64,000 nucleotides of DNA from the NCBI GenBank assembly GCA_963771175.1, contig CAVYSY010000023.1:34139-98138 (forward strand), written 5' to 3'. This stretch comes from an uncultured delta proteobacterium. Its GTDB lineage: Bacteria; Myxococcota; Myxococcia; Myxococcales; Myxococcaceae. Shown in pieces: positions 27,568-37,808 of this stretch. Positions within the stretch are counted from its first letter, which is position 1; each line of letters starts with the position of its first letter. The notes beneath the pieces were generated by a model. The model did no database searches. It was not told the DNA's origin and saw nothing but the letters and a program-made list of their open reading frames with translations. The position numbers were made by a program, and so were the translations under genes.

Positions 27568-28830
27568 CTACTTCTTCCAGACGGCCCAGTTGGTCCCGGA
27601 GTTGACCAGGGTCCAGCCGGTGCCCGGCGACCAGGAGTTGGGGCCGAGCTTCATCGCCAGGCTGCCGGTGTTGCCGGTGATGATGGCCGCGTACAGGCCG
27701 GTCTGCGCGGCCACGATGTTCACGGCCGAGGTGGAGGTGACGCCCTTCTCCTTGCGAGCCGCCATGAGGCTCTTGATGGCGGCGCCGTGGCCCCAGTCAT
27801 AGAAGTGGACCCAGTAGACGCAGGGGACGCCCGGGTGGGTGAGGATGTAGGCGTAGCCCTGCATCACCTTGTCGGAGGGGAACGGCCAGTGGTTCTGGCC
27901 GCCGCTCGGGTGACTCGGACCGGTGTCGTGGTTGTCCACGAAGGTCACCGCCTTGGCGGCCCACCAGCCGATGGCGCCCGAGGGCTTGCCCGCGCTGTCC
28001 TTCAGCCGCCAGTGCTCGTTGTACTGCACGGCCTGCTGGAGGATGCCCTTGGTGGTGAAGTCGAACACCGCCGACCTACCGCCCGTGGCGTCGATCCAGT
28101 TCATCAGGAGCTGGCGGTGGGCGTCGGGGTTGCCGAGGTTGAGGTCCGTCCAGACCTCGCCCACGGAGAAGTAGGGCACGGTGGCGGTGTTGTAGCTGCC
28201 CACGTACGAGCCGGCGTAGCCCTTCACGTAGTCATAGCGCCAGCCGTCGTAGCCGATGCTGGACTTGAGCCAGTTCATCCAGCTCTTGAGGTCGCTCTGG
28301 ACGGTGCCGTGGGTGTGGTCCAGGTCGCGCGCGGCGCTGTAACCGTCACCGGTGTCGGAGCCGCCGGTGGCGCCGGTCCACTCATCGCCCGTCACCACCG
28401 CCCACGAGCCCCAGGTGGGGTTGGTGAAGTCCGCCCAGTTGGTGGAACCCACGCGGTGGTTGATGACGATGTCGGCGATGGCCTTCACACCGTAGGTGTG
28501 CAGCGAGCCGATGGCCGACTTGAGCTGCACATCCGTGCCGTACATGCTGCTCTGCACGTAGAGCTGCCGCGGCAGGTAGCCCTCATTGGAAGCCGCGTCC
28601 TGGGAGGGCGGCAGCCACACCATGGTGAAGCCACTGGCCTTGATGTCCGAGGCCTTGCCCTGGACGACGTTCCACCACGGGTACGTCTCGTAGGAGCGCC
28701 AGTGGAAGCCCTGCAGCATCACGTCGCTGCTGTTGCCATCCAGCGGGCCGGCGTAGGCGGCCGACGACACCACCAGGCCCAGGGCCCACGACAGGGACAG
28801 GACTGCGCCAAGCACCTTGTTCTTGAGCAT
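27568..28830 (-). CDS. Secreted GH13 alpha-amylase (plant-like subfamily features)
   Basis: LQGFHW, ADIVINHR, GWRYDYVKG (nucleophile Asp), VGEVW and FVDNHDT; signal peptide. Confidence 0.92.
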   Translation of the reverse strand: MLKNKVLGAVLSLSWALGLVVSSAAYAGPLDGNSSDVMLQGFHWRSYETYPWWNVVQGKASDIKASGFTMVWLPPSQDAASNEGYLPRQLYVQSSMYGTDVQLKSAIGSLHTYGVKAIADIVINHRVGSTNWADFTNPTWGSWAVVTGDEWTGATGGSDTGDGYSAARDLDHTHGTVQSDLKSWMNWLKSSIGYDGWRYDYVKGYAGSYVGSYNTATVPYFSVGEVWTDLNLGNPDAHRQLLMNWIDATGGRSAVFDFTTKGILQQAVQYNEHWRLKDSAGKPSGAIGWWAAKAVTFVDNHDTGPSHPSGGQNHWPFPSDKVMQGYAYILTHPGVPCVYWVHFYDWGHGAAIKSLMAARKEKGVTSTSAVNIVAAQTGLYAAIITGNTGSLAMKLGPNSWSPGTGWTLVNSGTNWAVWKK

Positions 28831-29044
28831 TCGGCTCTCCGGGAAGCGGGGAAGAGACGAACTGGCGCTTTACAGGTTGTTTGCTTGTTAAGCGAGCAAC
28901 CCACCCTGTTGAGCCTGTAACGGGACTGTCAATGTCCGCCAACCGCCCCTTTTCACACTCACATTAGAATATTTTGACAGGGCTCCACTCCAGGGGACGC
29001 GGAAACGGGTGGGGAGCGTGTCCCGAGGCGGTTAGGATGAAGCA

Positions 29045-29389
29045 ATGGCCGACCAGTCACCCCCCTACTGGGTTCTCATCTCGGTCCTGTTCAGCTCGCA
29101 GCCGTTGACCCCCTCACTGGCGATGACGCTGCATCAGGCGGCGTATGACCTCTACCGGCGCGGCGACTCGGCGCAGAAGGTGGCGGGAGATCTGCTCAGC
29201 GGCACGGTGCGCAACCTGAGCAAGGACGTGCAGATGGGAGCCATCACCGGCCCCGCCTTCGAGGCGGAGATCGAAACGGAGCGAGGCTCCGGCGTGGTGC
29301 GCTTCCTGCTCACCCGCCAGGGGCTGGAGATGATGGAGGCCGGGCCTCCGCAGCCGCCCGCGCAGCCCCGCCCGAAGTACCTCAACTGA
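29045..29389 (+). CDS. Hypothetical protein
   Basis: 114-aa ORF with typical codon usage and AGGA upstream. Confidence 0.7.
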   Translation: MADQSPPYWVLISVLFSSQPLTPSLAMTLHQAAYDLYRRGDSAQKVAGDLLSGTVRNLSKDVQMGAITGPAFEAEIETERGSGVVRFLLTRQGLEMMEAGPPQPPAQPRPKYLN

Positions 29390-29417
29390 GTGGACCGGGC
29401 CCCGGTGGGCCCCGCCC

Positions 29418-30081
29418 TCAGTGCAGCCGCACCTTCTCCGCCTGCTCCTTGCGCCGGGGCCTCGGCTCCCGGATGGAGCGGGGCTTCTTGTGCGTCACCA
29501 TGCGGACAATGCCGTAGTAGAGCTGCTCCTCGGTGTACACCTTGCGCACCCGGGGCGTACCGGGGAGGTAGGCGGGCCCGGGCCGCTGCAGCCACTGCAG
29601 CACCCGCAGCTCCCCCGTGTACGCGAACGCCTTGAGCAGCTCGGGCGGGCACTGCCTGAGGTAGCGGCGCACCAGCGGCCGCAGCTTGCGGGGGAACTCC
29701 TTGCCCAGCACCGAGTGCCTCCGCCCCGCGTGCAGCGTGCCGTCGAAGCGCCGCGACATGTGGAAGAGCTCGTGCATGCACCGTCTCGATGCGCGACTTG
29801 GGCGTCGAGGAGCGGAAGAAGAGCGGGCGCAGGGTGATGCAGTAGAGCATCCGCTTGCCCTTGATGCGGATGATGGACTTGCGCCGCCCGGTGCGGTCCG
29901 TGCTGCGCCCGCCCCGGAAGCACAGGGGCTTCACCGTGCCGCGCGAGGCCCGCCGCGCCTCGCCCGCTACCACCAGGATGCGGCTCGCCCTCACATGCGC
30001 GAACTCCGGCATCTTCGCGGCGATGTCGCGGATGAGCGCGCGGACAATCTTGTTGAGGTTCGGGCGGCGGTGAGGGGCCAC
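29418..30081 (-). CDS. Putative zinc metallopeptidase-like protein; frameshift near 29778
   Basis: RIETV-[fs]-HELFH (HExxH); joins the end of ORF 29152..31170 to ORF 29418..29777. Confidence 0.7.
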
Positions 30082-30147
30082 GGTGTAGTCAACAGTGTAC
30101 TGGAAATCCCCTTGAGGAGAGCCAGAACCCGCCACACCTTGCCCGCC

Positions 30148-30987
30148 ATGCGCTCCGCCCCGCGTGCCACCGTCCGAATCCTGACGCTCGCCGCCTGGGT
30201 GGCCGGATGTGCCTCGACGCCGTCCGCCGCCCCCACCCTGGGCCCGCCCTCGCTCGCCGCCGAGGAGACGGCCGTCACCTCGCAGGGCCTCACCGAGGTG
30301 GCGCTCCGCTACTCCGGCCAGCTCACCAGCCCCGGCGCCGCCGTGCTGGAGAAGGCCGATTACGAGCTCGTCTCCGACGGGCAGGTGGTGGAGAAGGGCT
30401 CGGCGCCGCTGGGGGTGGCGCTGACGCCGGACGTCCCCACCCCGTTCTCCTTCCAGGCGGACGCCGCCTACGTGCGCACCCCGGAGGACCTCCAGACGCT
30501 GAGCAAGCGGGGAGGCACGCTGCTGGTGGCGCTGCGCGGCACGCTGACGGTGCGCGCGGGCGAGGACGTGCGGACGGTGCCCTTCGCCGCCTCGCGGGCG
30601 GTGCGCGTGCCCCGGCTGCCCGTGGTGCGAATCGAGAGCCTGGATGGGGCGCGCTACTCGGAGGAGCAGGTGGACCTGCTGGTGCGCCTGGGTGTGGAGA
30701 ACCCCAACCCCTTCCCGCTGCGGCTGGAGGGGCTCACCTATGCCGTCACCGTGGGGGGCCGGAAGCTGGGTGAGGGCACGCGGGGCAAGTCCGACACCGT
30801 GGACGCGGCGGCCACCGGGGTGTATCCCGTGGAGGTGGCGGTGACGAAGGAGACGTGGGGCCAGGACGTGCGGGCGCTCATCGCCAAGGGGACGCTGCCG
30901 TATGAAGTGGCGGGCGAGCTCACCGGCCCGCTGGTACGCGTCTCCTACTCGCTGTCCGGAGACGTGAAGCTCAACGTGTCGCGGTAG
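30148..30987 (+). CDS. LEA type 2 (WHy) domain lipoprotein
   Basis: VAGC lipobox; VENPNPFPL motif. Confidence 0.8.
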   Translation: MRSAPRATVRILTLAAWVAGCASTPSAAPTLGPPSLAAEETAVTSQGLTEVALRYSGQLTSPGAAVLEKADYELVSDGQVVEKGSAPLGVALTPDVPTPFSFQADAAYVRTPEDLQTLSKRGGTLLVALRGTLTVRAGEDVRTVPFAASRAVRVPRLPVVRIESLDGARYSEEQVDLLVRLGVENPNPFPLRLEGLTYAVTVGGRKLGEGTRGKSDTVDAAATGVYPVEVAVTKETWGQDVRALIAKGTLPYEVAGELTGPLVRVSYSLSGDVKLNVSR

Positions 30988-31673
30988 TGCCCATCTATTT
31001 CCTCGGAGAAGACCCGGAGCTCTTCCCTCCCCCGGAGAAGGCGGACCGCAGCGGGCTGCTGGCGGTGGGGGGAGACCTCCGTCCCGAGCGGCTGCTGGCC
31101 GCGTACTCCCAGGGCATCTTCCCCTGGTACAGCGAGGGCCAGCCCCTCCTCTGGCACTCGCCGGATCCACGCTTCGTGCTGACGCCGGACAAGCTGCACG
31201 TGGGCCGCTCGCTGCGCAAGACGCTCAAGGCGGGCGTCTACGACATCCGCTGGGACACCGCCTTCGCGGACGTCATCACCGCGTGCTCCGAGGTGCCCCG
31301 CCCCGGGCAGAACGGCACGTGGATTACCGACGAGATGCGCGAGGCGTACATCACCCTGCACCAGCTGGGCTTCGCGCACTCGGTGGAGGCGTGGGCGGAG
31401 GGCGAGCTGAAGGGTGGCTTCTACGGGGTGTCGCTGGGGGCGGCCTTCTTCGGCGAGAGCATGTTCGCGCGCGCGCCGGACGCCTCGAAGGTGGCCTTCG
31501 TCACCGCGGTGGAGCGCTTCCGCGAGTGGGGCTTCCACTTCGTCGACTGCCAGGTGGAGACGGAGCACCTGGCGCGCTTCGGGGCCGAGCACTGGCCCCG
31601 GCGCCACTTCCTCCGGGCCCTCGAGCGGGCTCTGCGGGAGCCCACCCGGCGCGGGAAGTGGACGGGCACCTGA
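30987..31673 (+). CDS. aat: Leucyl/phenylalanyl-tRNA-protein transferase
   Basis: GLLAVGGDL, AYSQGIFPW, AHSVEAW, FFGESMF and DASKVA. Confidence 0.95.
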   Translation: MPIYFLGEDPELFPPPEKADRSGLLAVGGDLRPERLLAAYSQGIFPWYSEGQPLLWHSPDPRFVLTPDKLHVGRSLRKTLKAGVYDIRWDTAFADVITACSEVPRPGQNGTWITDEMREAYITLHQLGFAHSVEAWAEGELKGGFYGVSLGAAFFGESMFARAPDASKVAFVTAVERFREWGFHFVDCQVETEHLARFGAEHWPRRHFLRALERALREPTRRGKWTGT

Positions 31674-31679
31674 GGGCGC

Positions 31680-32984
31680 TCACGCCGACAGCTTGCGCTC
31701 CAGAGCGTCCGCGCCCTCGGCATCTGGCGGCACCGAGGGAAGGAGCACCTCGAAGGAGGTGCCCTGGCCCGGCGCGCTGTCCACGGTGATGTCGCCCCCG
31801 AGCCGCGTCACGATGCCATGGCAGATGGACAGCCCGAGCCCCGTGCCCGTGCCCACCGGCTTCGTCGTGAAGAAGGGCTCGAAGAGGCGGCTCATGTGCT
31901 CCGGCGAGATGCCGCAACCGTTGTCCCGCACCACCACGCCCACCTGACCGTCCGCCCGCCGCTGGATGCCCACGTGGATGCACGGCTCGGGCGTGGCCCC
32001 CGCCAGCGCATGGGCGGCGTTGACGATCAGGTTGAGGAACACCTGCCCCAGGCCGTGCTCGCTGCCCCAGACGGGCGGCACCTCCTGGAAGTCTCGGACG
32101 AGCCGGATGCCCGAGCGCAGCGCCTCGCTGGCCAGGGAGATGGAGCCCTCCACCACCCGGCGCACGTCCACCCGCTCGCGCGACGGCTCCTCCATCCGCG
32201 CGAAGATGCGCACGTCCTGGACGATGCGCGCGATGCGCTCGGCCCCGAAGATGGCGTCGCGGCTGGCATCCCTCAAATCCGTCTCGCCCCGCTTCTCCAG
32301 CCCCCTCTCGATGTGGCGCAGGTTGGACAGGACGTAGGCCAGGGGGTTGTTGACCTCGTGGGCCAGCCCCGCGGACATCCGCCCCAGCGCCTCCAGCTTC
32401 TGCGCGTGCATGAGCCGCGCGTTGGCCGCCGCCAGCTCCCGCGTCCGCTCCGCCACCGCGAGCTCCAGGTCCTCCTGGCGCTGGCGGCTCGCGCGCAGCA
32501 GCTCCCACTTCTCGCTGAGCGAGTGCGCCATCTGCCGCACCTCGATGTTGTCGAAGGGCTTGCGCAGGATGAGCAGGCGCTCACTGGTGCCCAGCTTCCG
32601 TGCCAGGTCCTCCCACGAGTAGTCGGAGTAGGCCGAGCAGAGCACCACCTGCAGGTCCGGCTCCTCGCGCCACAGCCGCAGCGTCGTCTCCACTCCGTCG
32701 ATGCCCGGGGGCATGCGGATGTCCACGAAGGCCATGGCGTAGGGGCGTCCCTCGCGCACCGCCTCGGCCACGCGCCGCACCGCCTCCTCCCCATTCATCG
32801 CCGAGTCCAGCGCGAAGACGGTGGGGCTGCTCCAGGCCTGGGGCTCGCCGAAGAGCACGGACTCCATCTCATCCAGCGCCTCGGGAGTCGCGGACCTGGC
32901 GAGGATCTTCCGGAAGTCCTGATGGATGGCGGGATTGTCGTCGACCACCAGGATGCGACGTTCCTCCCTCTCGTGTGAGCTCAC
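31680..32984 (-). CDS. Cytoplasmic hybrid: receiver domain plus histidine kinase
   Basis: [34 protein letters not shown] and [16 protein letters not shown]. Confidence 0.92.
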   Translation of the reverse strand: MSSHEREERRILVVDDNPAIHQDFRKILARSATPEALDEMESVLFGEPQAWSSPTVFALDSAMNGEEAVRRVAEAVREGRPYAMAFVDIRMPPGIDGVETTLRLWREEPDLQVVLCSAYSDYSWEDLARKLGTSERLLILRKPFDNIEVRQMAHSLSEKWELLRASRQRQEDLELAVAERTRELAAANARLMHAQKLEALGRMSAGLAHEVNNPLAYVLSNLRHIERGLEKRGETDLRDASRDAIFGAERIARIVQDVRIFARMEEPSRERVDVRRVVEGSISLASEALRSGIRLVRDFQEVPPVWGSEHGLGQVFLNLIVNAAHALAGATPEPCIHVGIQRRADGQVGVVVRDNGCGISPEHMSRLFEPFFTTKPVGTGTGLGLSICHGIVTRLGGDITVDSAPGQGTSFEVLLPSVPPDAEGADALERKLSA

Positions 32985-33289
32985 GCCCTGGCCTCCTGCC
33001 CGCGCAGGGGCAGCTCAATGATGAAAGTCGCGCCCTGACCCGGGCCGTCACTGGTACAGCGCAGCCGCCCGTCCAGCTCCTCGGCCGCCAGCGCGCTGGC
33101 ATGCAAGCCGAAGCCGTGCGGGAACAGCGGCGCCGTCAGCACCAGCACCGCGTCCAAGACGAGCAGGAAGAGGACGGCGCCCACCACCACCCGGTAGCGA
33201 CCGAGATCCTCTGGAGACGAGCGGCGCTGCTTCTCCGAAAGAAGCGCGTCCAGCCTCCCGAGCAACCATGCCTGTGGCCCTTGGCCCAT
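32981..33289 (-). pseudogene. Sensor histidine kinase with a large in-frame internal deletion
   Basis: The N-terminal first TM ([15 protein letters not shown]) is fused directly to the HATPase tail [19 protein letters not shown]...[11 protein letters not shown]. No H-box, N-box or G1. Confidence 0.75.
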
Positions 33290-33480
33290 TGGAAAAGAAG
33301 ACCTCCCTGATGCGGCCAATACCCGGGCACCGCGGACCCGCCGTCAGGGAGTCTAGCGCGAGTGTGCCTCGGGGAGATCAAGAGCCGCCTCGAGACCAAA
33401 GCCACGGGAGTGCCAGGCTCCCATGGCTTGACGTCGTCCGCCTGCTCCTCTGGCGGCCACCGAGGCTGGGCGTCGAGCGC

Positions 33481-33957
33481 CTACACCGGCGGCGGAGACT
33501 CCTGGTGCTCGGCCATGCGCAACAGTTCGCGGTTGCGCCAATTGTCAATGGCCTGCTGCATGTCCTCGCGCATGGAGACGAGCTCCTCGCGGTCCGCCTG
33601 GGCCTCCACTCTCGGTATCAGGGAGTTCTCCTCCTGGGCGACGTGCTCGGTCACCATCCGCTCCAGGCGCCCGCACATCTCGGCCAGCCGTGGGTCGGTC
33701 TGCTTGACCTTGAGGATCTCCGAGAGGAGCTGTTTCACCTCGGCGTGGTCCTTGAGGGACTCGTCGATGAGACCGCTCTCCCCCTGCTGCCGGGCGAAGG
33801 GATAGAAGTACTGCTCCTCCAGGGCGGCGTGGATGGTGAGGGCCTCGGCGACCTTGCCCAGCAGGGAAATCTTCTCGTCCCCGCTGCTGGCCCTGATGCG
33901 CTGGAACAGGGCGTCGACTTCCCGGTGCTGCTGCTTCAACAAATCAATCGCGCTCAC
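33481..33957 (-). CDS. Hemerythrin/HHE cation-binding protein
   Basis: AIDLLKQQH, HAALEEQYFYP, DHAEVK and HVAQEE. Confidence 0.85.
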   Translation of the reverse strand: MSAIDLLKQQHREVDALFQRIRASSGDEKISLLGKVAEALTIHAALEEQYFYPFARQQGESGLIDESLKDHAEVKQLLSEILKVKQTDPRLAEMCGRLERMVTEHVAQEENSLIPRVEAQADREELVSMREDMQQAIDNWRNRELLRMAEHQESPPPV

Positions 33958-34239
33958 GGTGCGGGCTCCTTGTGGCACTTCCCCACGGGTCTCGTTCCCA
34001 CGGCTCACACTCCGCACGCCGTGGACGGGAGACAAGCGCGGGTCCGGCTCCTCTTTGCTCCCCGCGAAGCAGGCAGGCGCCTACTCGCAAAGGCGCCCGG
34101 ACACGCCACTCCTTATTCCAACGGGTGCTCGTCTCCAGGAAGACGTTCCCCTGAGAATGAGAGCCGTCTCCCGCTTCAACGGCTATAGAAGAGCGCGGAT
34201 GCCCGCGCCCCACCGGAAGGGCTTGAGGAACATCCACGC

Positions 34240-34821
34240 ATGAAGCCGGAACCGTTCGCCGACGCGCTCGTCCAACTCGTTCGCTGCTACTACCCTTCCG
34301 GCCTCTGCAACGACGATCCTGGATACAGGGAATCAGAAGAGAGCCAGCGCCTCACCCGGTTGATCCTCGCCAACGTGCAGCCTTCGCCAACCTGGAAGGG
34401 GTTCACCCGGCGGGTCGTCCAGGAGTTCCCCGATTGCAACATCTGGGACACCACCGTGCCCTACCATGAGCCTTGCAACAGCGTTCGGGTTTCCCTCCCA
34501 GGCTTCATGCCTGATGCCCCCCGATACGACTGCGTCGTCGGCCTGCTGAGCCAGCTCGCGCCGGTGTATGCCCTCTACGCTTCCCACACGGACAAGAGCC
34601 TCCCCGGAGCGGACTACTGGCTCCGCTTTCCGCCCTTCCCCCCCGAGTTCCAGGCGCACGAGGCGAAGCTCGCCGGGCTCATCGAGTCCACCCTCGGCTT
34701 CACCCGCCTGTCCAATGACATCCTCTTCACCCCCGTGCCGGACCTCGTCCCGCGCGCGGCCAACTACGGACTCGGCGAGGCACGGCTCATTGACTGCCTC
34801 TTCACCCGGGACCGCTGGTGA
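34240..34821 (+). CDS. Hypothetical protein
   Basis: 193-aa ORF with GAGG RBS and a plausible globular sequence; no motif recognised. Confidence 0.7.
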   Translation: MKPEPFADALVQLVRCYYPSGLCNDDPGYRESEESQRLTRLILANVQPSPTWKGFTRRVVQEFPDCNIWDTTVPYHEPCNSVRVSLPGFMPDAPRYDCVVGLLSQLAPVYALYASHTDKSLPGADYWLRFPPFPPEFQAHEAKLAGLIESTLGFTRLSNDILFTPVPDLVPRAANYGLGEARLIDCLFTRDRW

Positions 34822-34844
34822 GCCGCCCGGTGGAGCACCGGCCC

Positions 34845-34976
<132 letters not shown>

Positions 34977-35222
34977 CCCCGTCCCATCATACGCGTCGGA
35001 GGCCTTTCAAACGGAGGCCCAGGCAATCTGGGTGTGGGCCCCCGACTCTTCATGGAGTGCACGCTCCGTCCGACCCGGGACAGATGGAGCGTCCGCCAGC
35101 CATCAGGATAGGGGCCCCAACGTGCGGCCACGAACGGACCTGACCCTGGGCCAATGAGTTCCCCTGGCCTGCTCGGCCAATGTGCGCGCCTGCATCCTCA
35201 CGAAGCACGAAGGAGTCCGCAC

Positions 35223-35990
35223 ATGAAGCAGACGATTCAGGGGTTCCTCCTCGCCGGCACGCTGCTCCTCGGGGGCGCGGCGCTCGCGCAGGAGGCGAGC
35301 AAGGCCCAGGGCAAGGGCGCCGCCAAGGGAGGCACGGCCGAGTTCCACGGGTTCATGGTGCCCACCGACGAGAAGGCCTTCCTCGAGCGCATCCACCACA
35401 TCAACCAGACGGAGATCAAGCTCGGCCAGCTTGCCCAACAGAACGCCTCGAACCCGGACGTGAAGTCCTACGGCGAGCAGATGGTGCGGGACCACACCGC
35501 GGCCGATCAGCGGGTGACGGCCCTCGCCCAGAGCCGGGGGCTGAAGCTGGCGGACATGCCCAAGCCGATGAACGACGTGGAGAAGAAGTCCATGGCGGCC
35601 CAGAAGGCGAACATGGAGAAGCTCCAGGCGCTCAAGGGCGAGCCGTTCGACTCCTGCTACATGGCCAGCATGGTGGGAGACCATGACGAAGCGCTCGGCA
35701 AGCTGATGGCCGGCCAGCAAGCCCTCACCGGCAATGCCGAGCTCACCTCGGTGGTCGGCGATCTGTCCCAGACGATCGCCCAGCAACGCCAGAAGGCGTA
35801 CACGCTGCTCGGCAAGGTGGGTCCCCAGGCCATGGGGATGGGCGTCGGCGGCGCCGGCGGAGACAAGGGCACCAGCCCGCAACCGGGCAGCGAGTCGGGC
35901 ATGGGCGGCCACATGGGCACGCAGCCGGACATGGGCGGCCACATGGGCACCGGCCAGTCGGGCTCTGGCACCCAGCAGCCGAAGAAGTAG
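35223..35990 (+). CDS. DUF4142 domain exported protein
   Basis: AAGGAG RBS; signal peptide; EIKLGQLA, MVRDHT and FDSCYMASMVGDH. 30-bp tandem repeat (MGGHMGT x2) at 35900-35950. Confidence 0.85.
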   Translation: MKQTIQGFLLAGTLLLGGAALAQEASKAQGKGAAKGGTAEFHGFMVPTDEKAFLERIHHINQTEIKLGQLAQQNASNPDVKSYGEQMVRDHTAADQRVTALAQSRGLKLADMPKPMNDVEKKSMAAQKANMEKLQALKGEPFDSCYMASMVGDHDEALGKLMAGQQALTGNAELTSVVGDLSQTIAQQRQKAYTLLGKVGPQAMGMGVGGAGGDKGTSPQPGSESGMGGHMGTQPDMGGHMGTGQSGSGTQQPKK

Positions 35991-35993
35991 TCG

Positions 35994-37787
35994 CTAGGAG
36001 CCGACGGCCCGCCCCGGGGAGAGCTCGCGGCGCAGCCACGCCGCGTAACGTCCGGCGGCTCGACGGAGCCGGGTGGCCTCCTCGGAGAGCCACCCGGCGA
36101 ACGTGTCGGCCGCCAGGGCGTGGTGCCCGAGCTGGAAGGCCAGGTAGCAGAGCCGATGGAAGCGCAGCACCTCGGGGTCGGGGGCCTTCGCGCCCCGGCG
36201 CGCCACCGTCTCGTGGAGCAGGGCCCGCTCGTCCTCCTCCAGCTCCAGCTCCACCTCGGCGCCCGCGAGGTCCCAGGCGACGTCCTGGCAGCCGATGAGG
36301 TCGTGCCCCTCGTGGTGGTCCACCGCATCCGCCTTGAGGAAGCGGCCGTCGGGCAGCACCAGCCACTCCCACGGTTGAAGCTTGTTGTCCGTCTCCACGC
36401 GGTGGAGCGCCCGCGCCAGGGTGGAGAGCCGCGGCTCCCATGCCCCGAGCCTCTCGGCCCACTCGGAGCCGAGTCCCAAGGAGATGTTGCGACGGGCCAT
36501 CTCCAGCAGTTGCCGCGGCGAGGCCCCCCGGCCCGGCTCGGGCGCGGCGAAGTGACTGGCCCGGAAGCCGAGGTACTCCCCCACCCTCCGCACCAGCGCT
36601 CGGCGGTCCACGTCCCGGAGGTCGAGGAGTGGACGGGCCTCCTCCAGCCAGGGCTGCACGAGGAAGCCGTGGCGCAGGCCCACCACGGGCGGAGTGAAGC
36701 CCGCGTCCTGGAGGACCCGGGCACGCGCCAGCCTGCGCTCTCCGTAGGCCCCGAGCCCCGCGAACTTCAGCAGCCAGCGCCGCCCACCGGCACGCAGCAG
36801 GAACTTGCGCCGCTCCTGCTGCACGTGGACGGCCGGCCAGTCCTCCTCGCGGAGCAGGTGCCGGCGCCACGCTCCGCCGCCGAGGTCCTCCAGCGACGAC
36901 GCCTCGGCGGGCCCCGTCAGGTCCTCCACCCACGCGGGGAGCGCGCGGGAGCGCACGTCGGGACGCAGGAGGAGCCGCTCGAAGTCCACGACGTGGCGCG
37001 CGGCGCGCTCCCAGCGGGCGCGGTGCCGCTCGCTGGCCTCGGGGCCCAGGGAGCCCCGGTGCCCGGGTAGGAAACACAGCCGCTCCAGGGGGACGCCCCG
37101 GTCCTCCAGGAAGTCGGCCACCGCGCCGAAGGAGCTGCCCGACAGCCCCGGGCCCTCGTCGACGATGACGAAGCGGTGCCGGAGCGCGTCCGCGAGCAGC
37201 CGCGCCTCCAGCGCCTCCGAGAGCGACAGCGTGCGCTGGAAGGCATGTCCCACCGGGCGCACGGTGAACGGGGCCTCCGCGCCCATCGCCGCGGCGACGA
37301 CTCCCGCGAGGCTCGTGCCGATGCTGCGCAGGCCAATGACGCGCGGCGTGCCCTCTCCCGTGGCGAGTGCCCGCGCCGCCTCGAGGTAGGCCTCGGGGTA
37401 GAGGGCGTAGAAGGCATGGCCCTCGGGCACCTTGCACTCCACCTCCGGAGGGAGCGCCAGCGCCCGCAGCGCCTGGAGCGCGGGACGCACCGGAGGCCCC
37501 AGCAGCGCGAAGCCGCTCGTCCATGAGGACAGCACCGTCCGGCCGAAGGCGAGCAACGTCCGCGCGCAGGCCTCGCTCAGGGGCGTGACGTCGTCCCGCC
37601 GCGGCTCGGCGAACTCCGCGTCCAGGAGTCCCTGCACCAGCTCCCCGGCCTCCACCAACAACCCCACCAGTGCCGCGTGTCGAGGAAGGCCCGGGTGCAT
37701 CGCCTCCACCCCGGCGAGCGCGCGCCCGAGGTCTTCCAGCTTCGCCGCGGGGTCCACCCGCCGACTGTGGTCACCGTAGACGAGCAT
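35994..37787 (-). CDS. Hypothetical protein with a PRTase-like motif and a C-terminal kinase-like (APH) region
   Basis: GLRSIGTSL; FVIVDEGPGLSGSS; LLKF; TDNKLQPWEWL...KADAVDH...DVAWDLAG. Confidence 0.75.
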   Translation of the reverse strand: MLVYGDHSRRVDPAAKLEDLGRALAGVEAMHPGLPRHAALVGLLVEAGELVQGLLDAEFAEPRRDDVTPLSEACARTLLAFGRTVLSSWTSGFALLGPPVRPALQALRALALPPEVECKVPEGHAFYALYPEAYLEAARALATGEGTPRVIGLRSIGTSLAGVVAAAMGAEAPFTVRPVGHAFQRTLSLSEALEARLLADALRHRFVIVDEGPGLSGSSFGAVADFLEDRGVPLERLCFLPGHRGSLGPEASERHRARWERAARHVVDFERLLLRPDVRSRALPAWVEDLTGPAEASSLEDLGGGAWRRHLLREEDWPAVHVQQERRKFLLRAGGRRWLLKFAGLGAYGERRLARARVLQDAGFTPPVVGLRHGFLVQPWLEEARPLLDLRDVDRRALVRRVGEYLGFRASHFAAPEPGRGASPRQLLEMARRNISLGLGSEWAERLGAWEPRLSTLARALHRVETDNKLQPWEWLVLPDGRFLKADAVDHHEGHDLIGCQDVAWDLAGAEVELELEEDERALLHETVARRGAKAPDPEVLRFHRLCYLAFQLGHHALAADTFAGWLSEEATRLRRAAGRYAAWLRRELSPGRAVGS

Positions 37788-37808
37788 GGGTGTCGGAAGA
37801 GCGAGTCC

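Noticed and set aside
35900..35950. 30-bp tandem repeat as a regulatory or mobile repeat
   Set aside because: It is an in-frame low-complexity tail of the DUF4142 protein.
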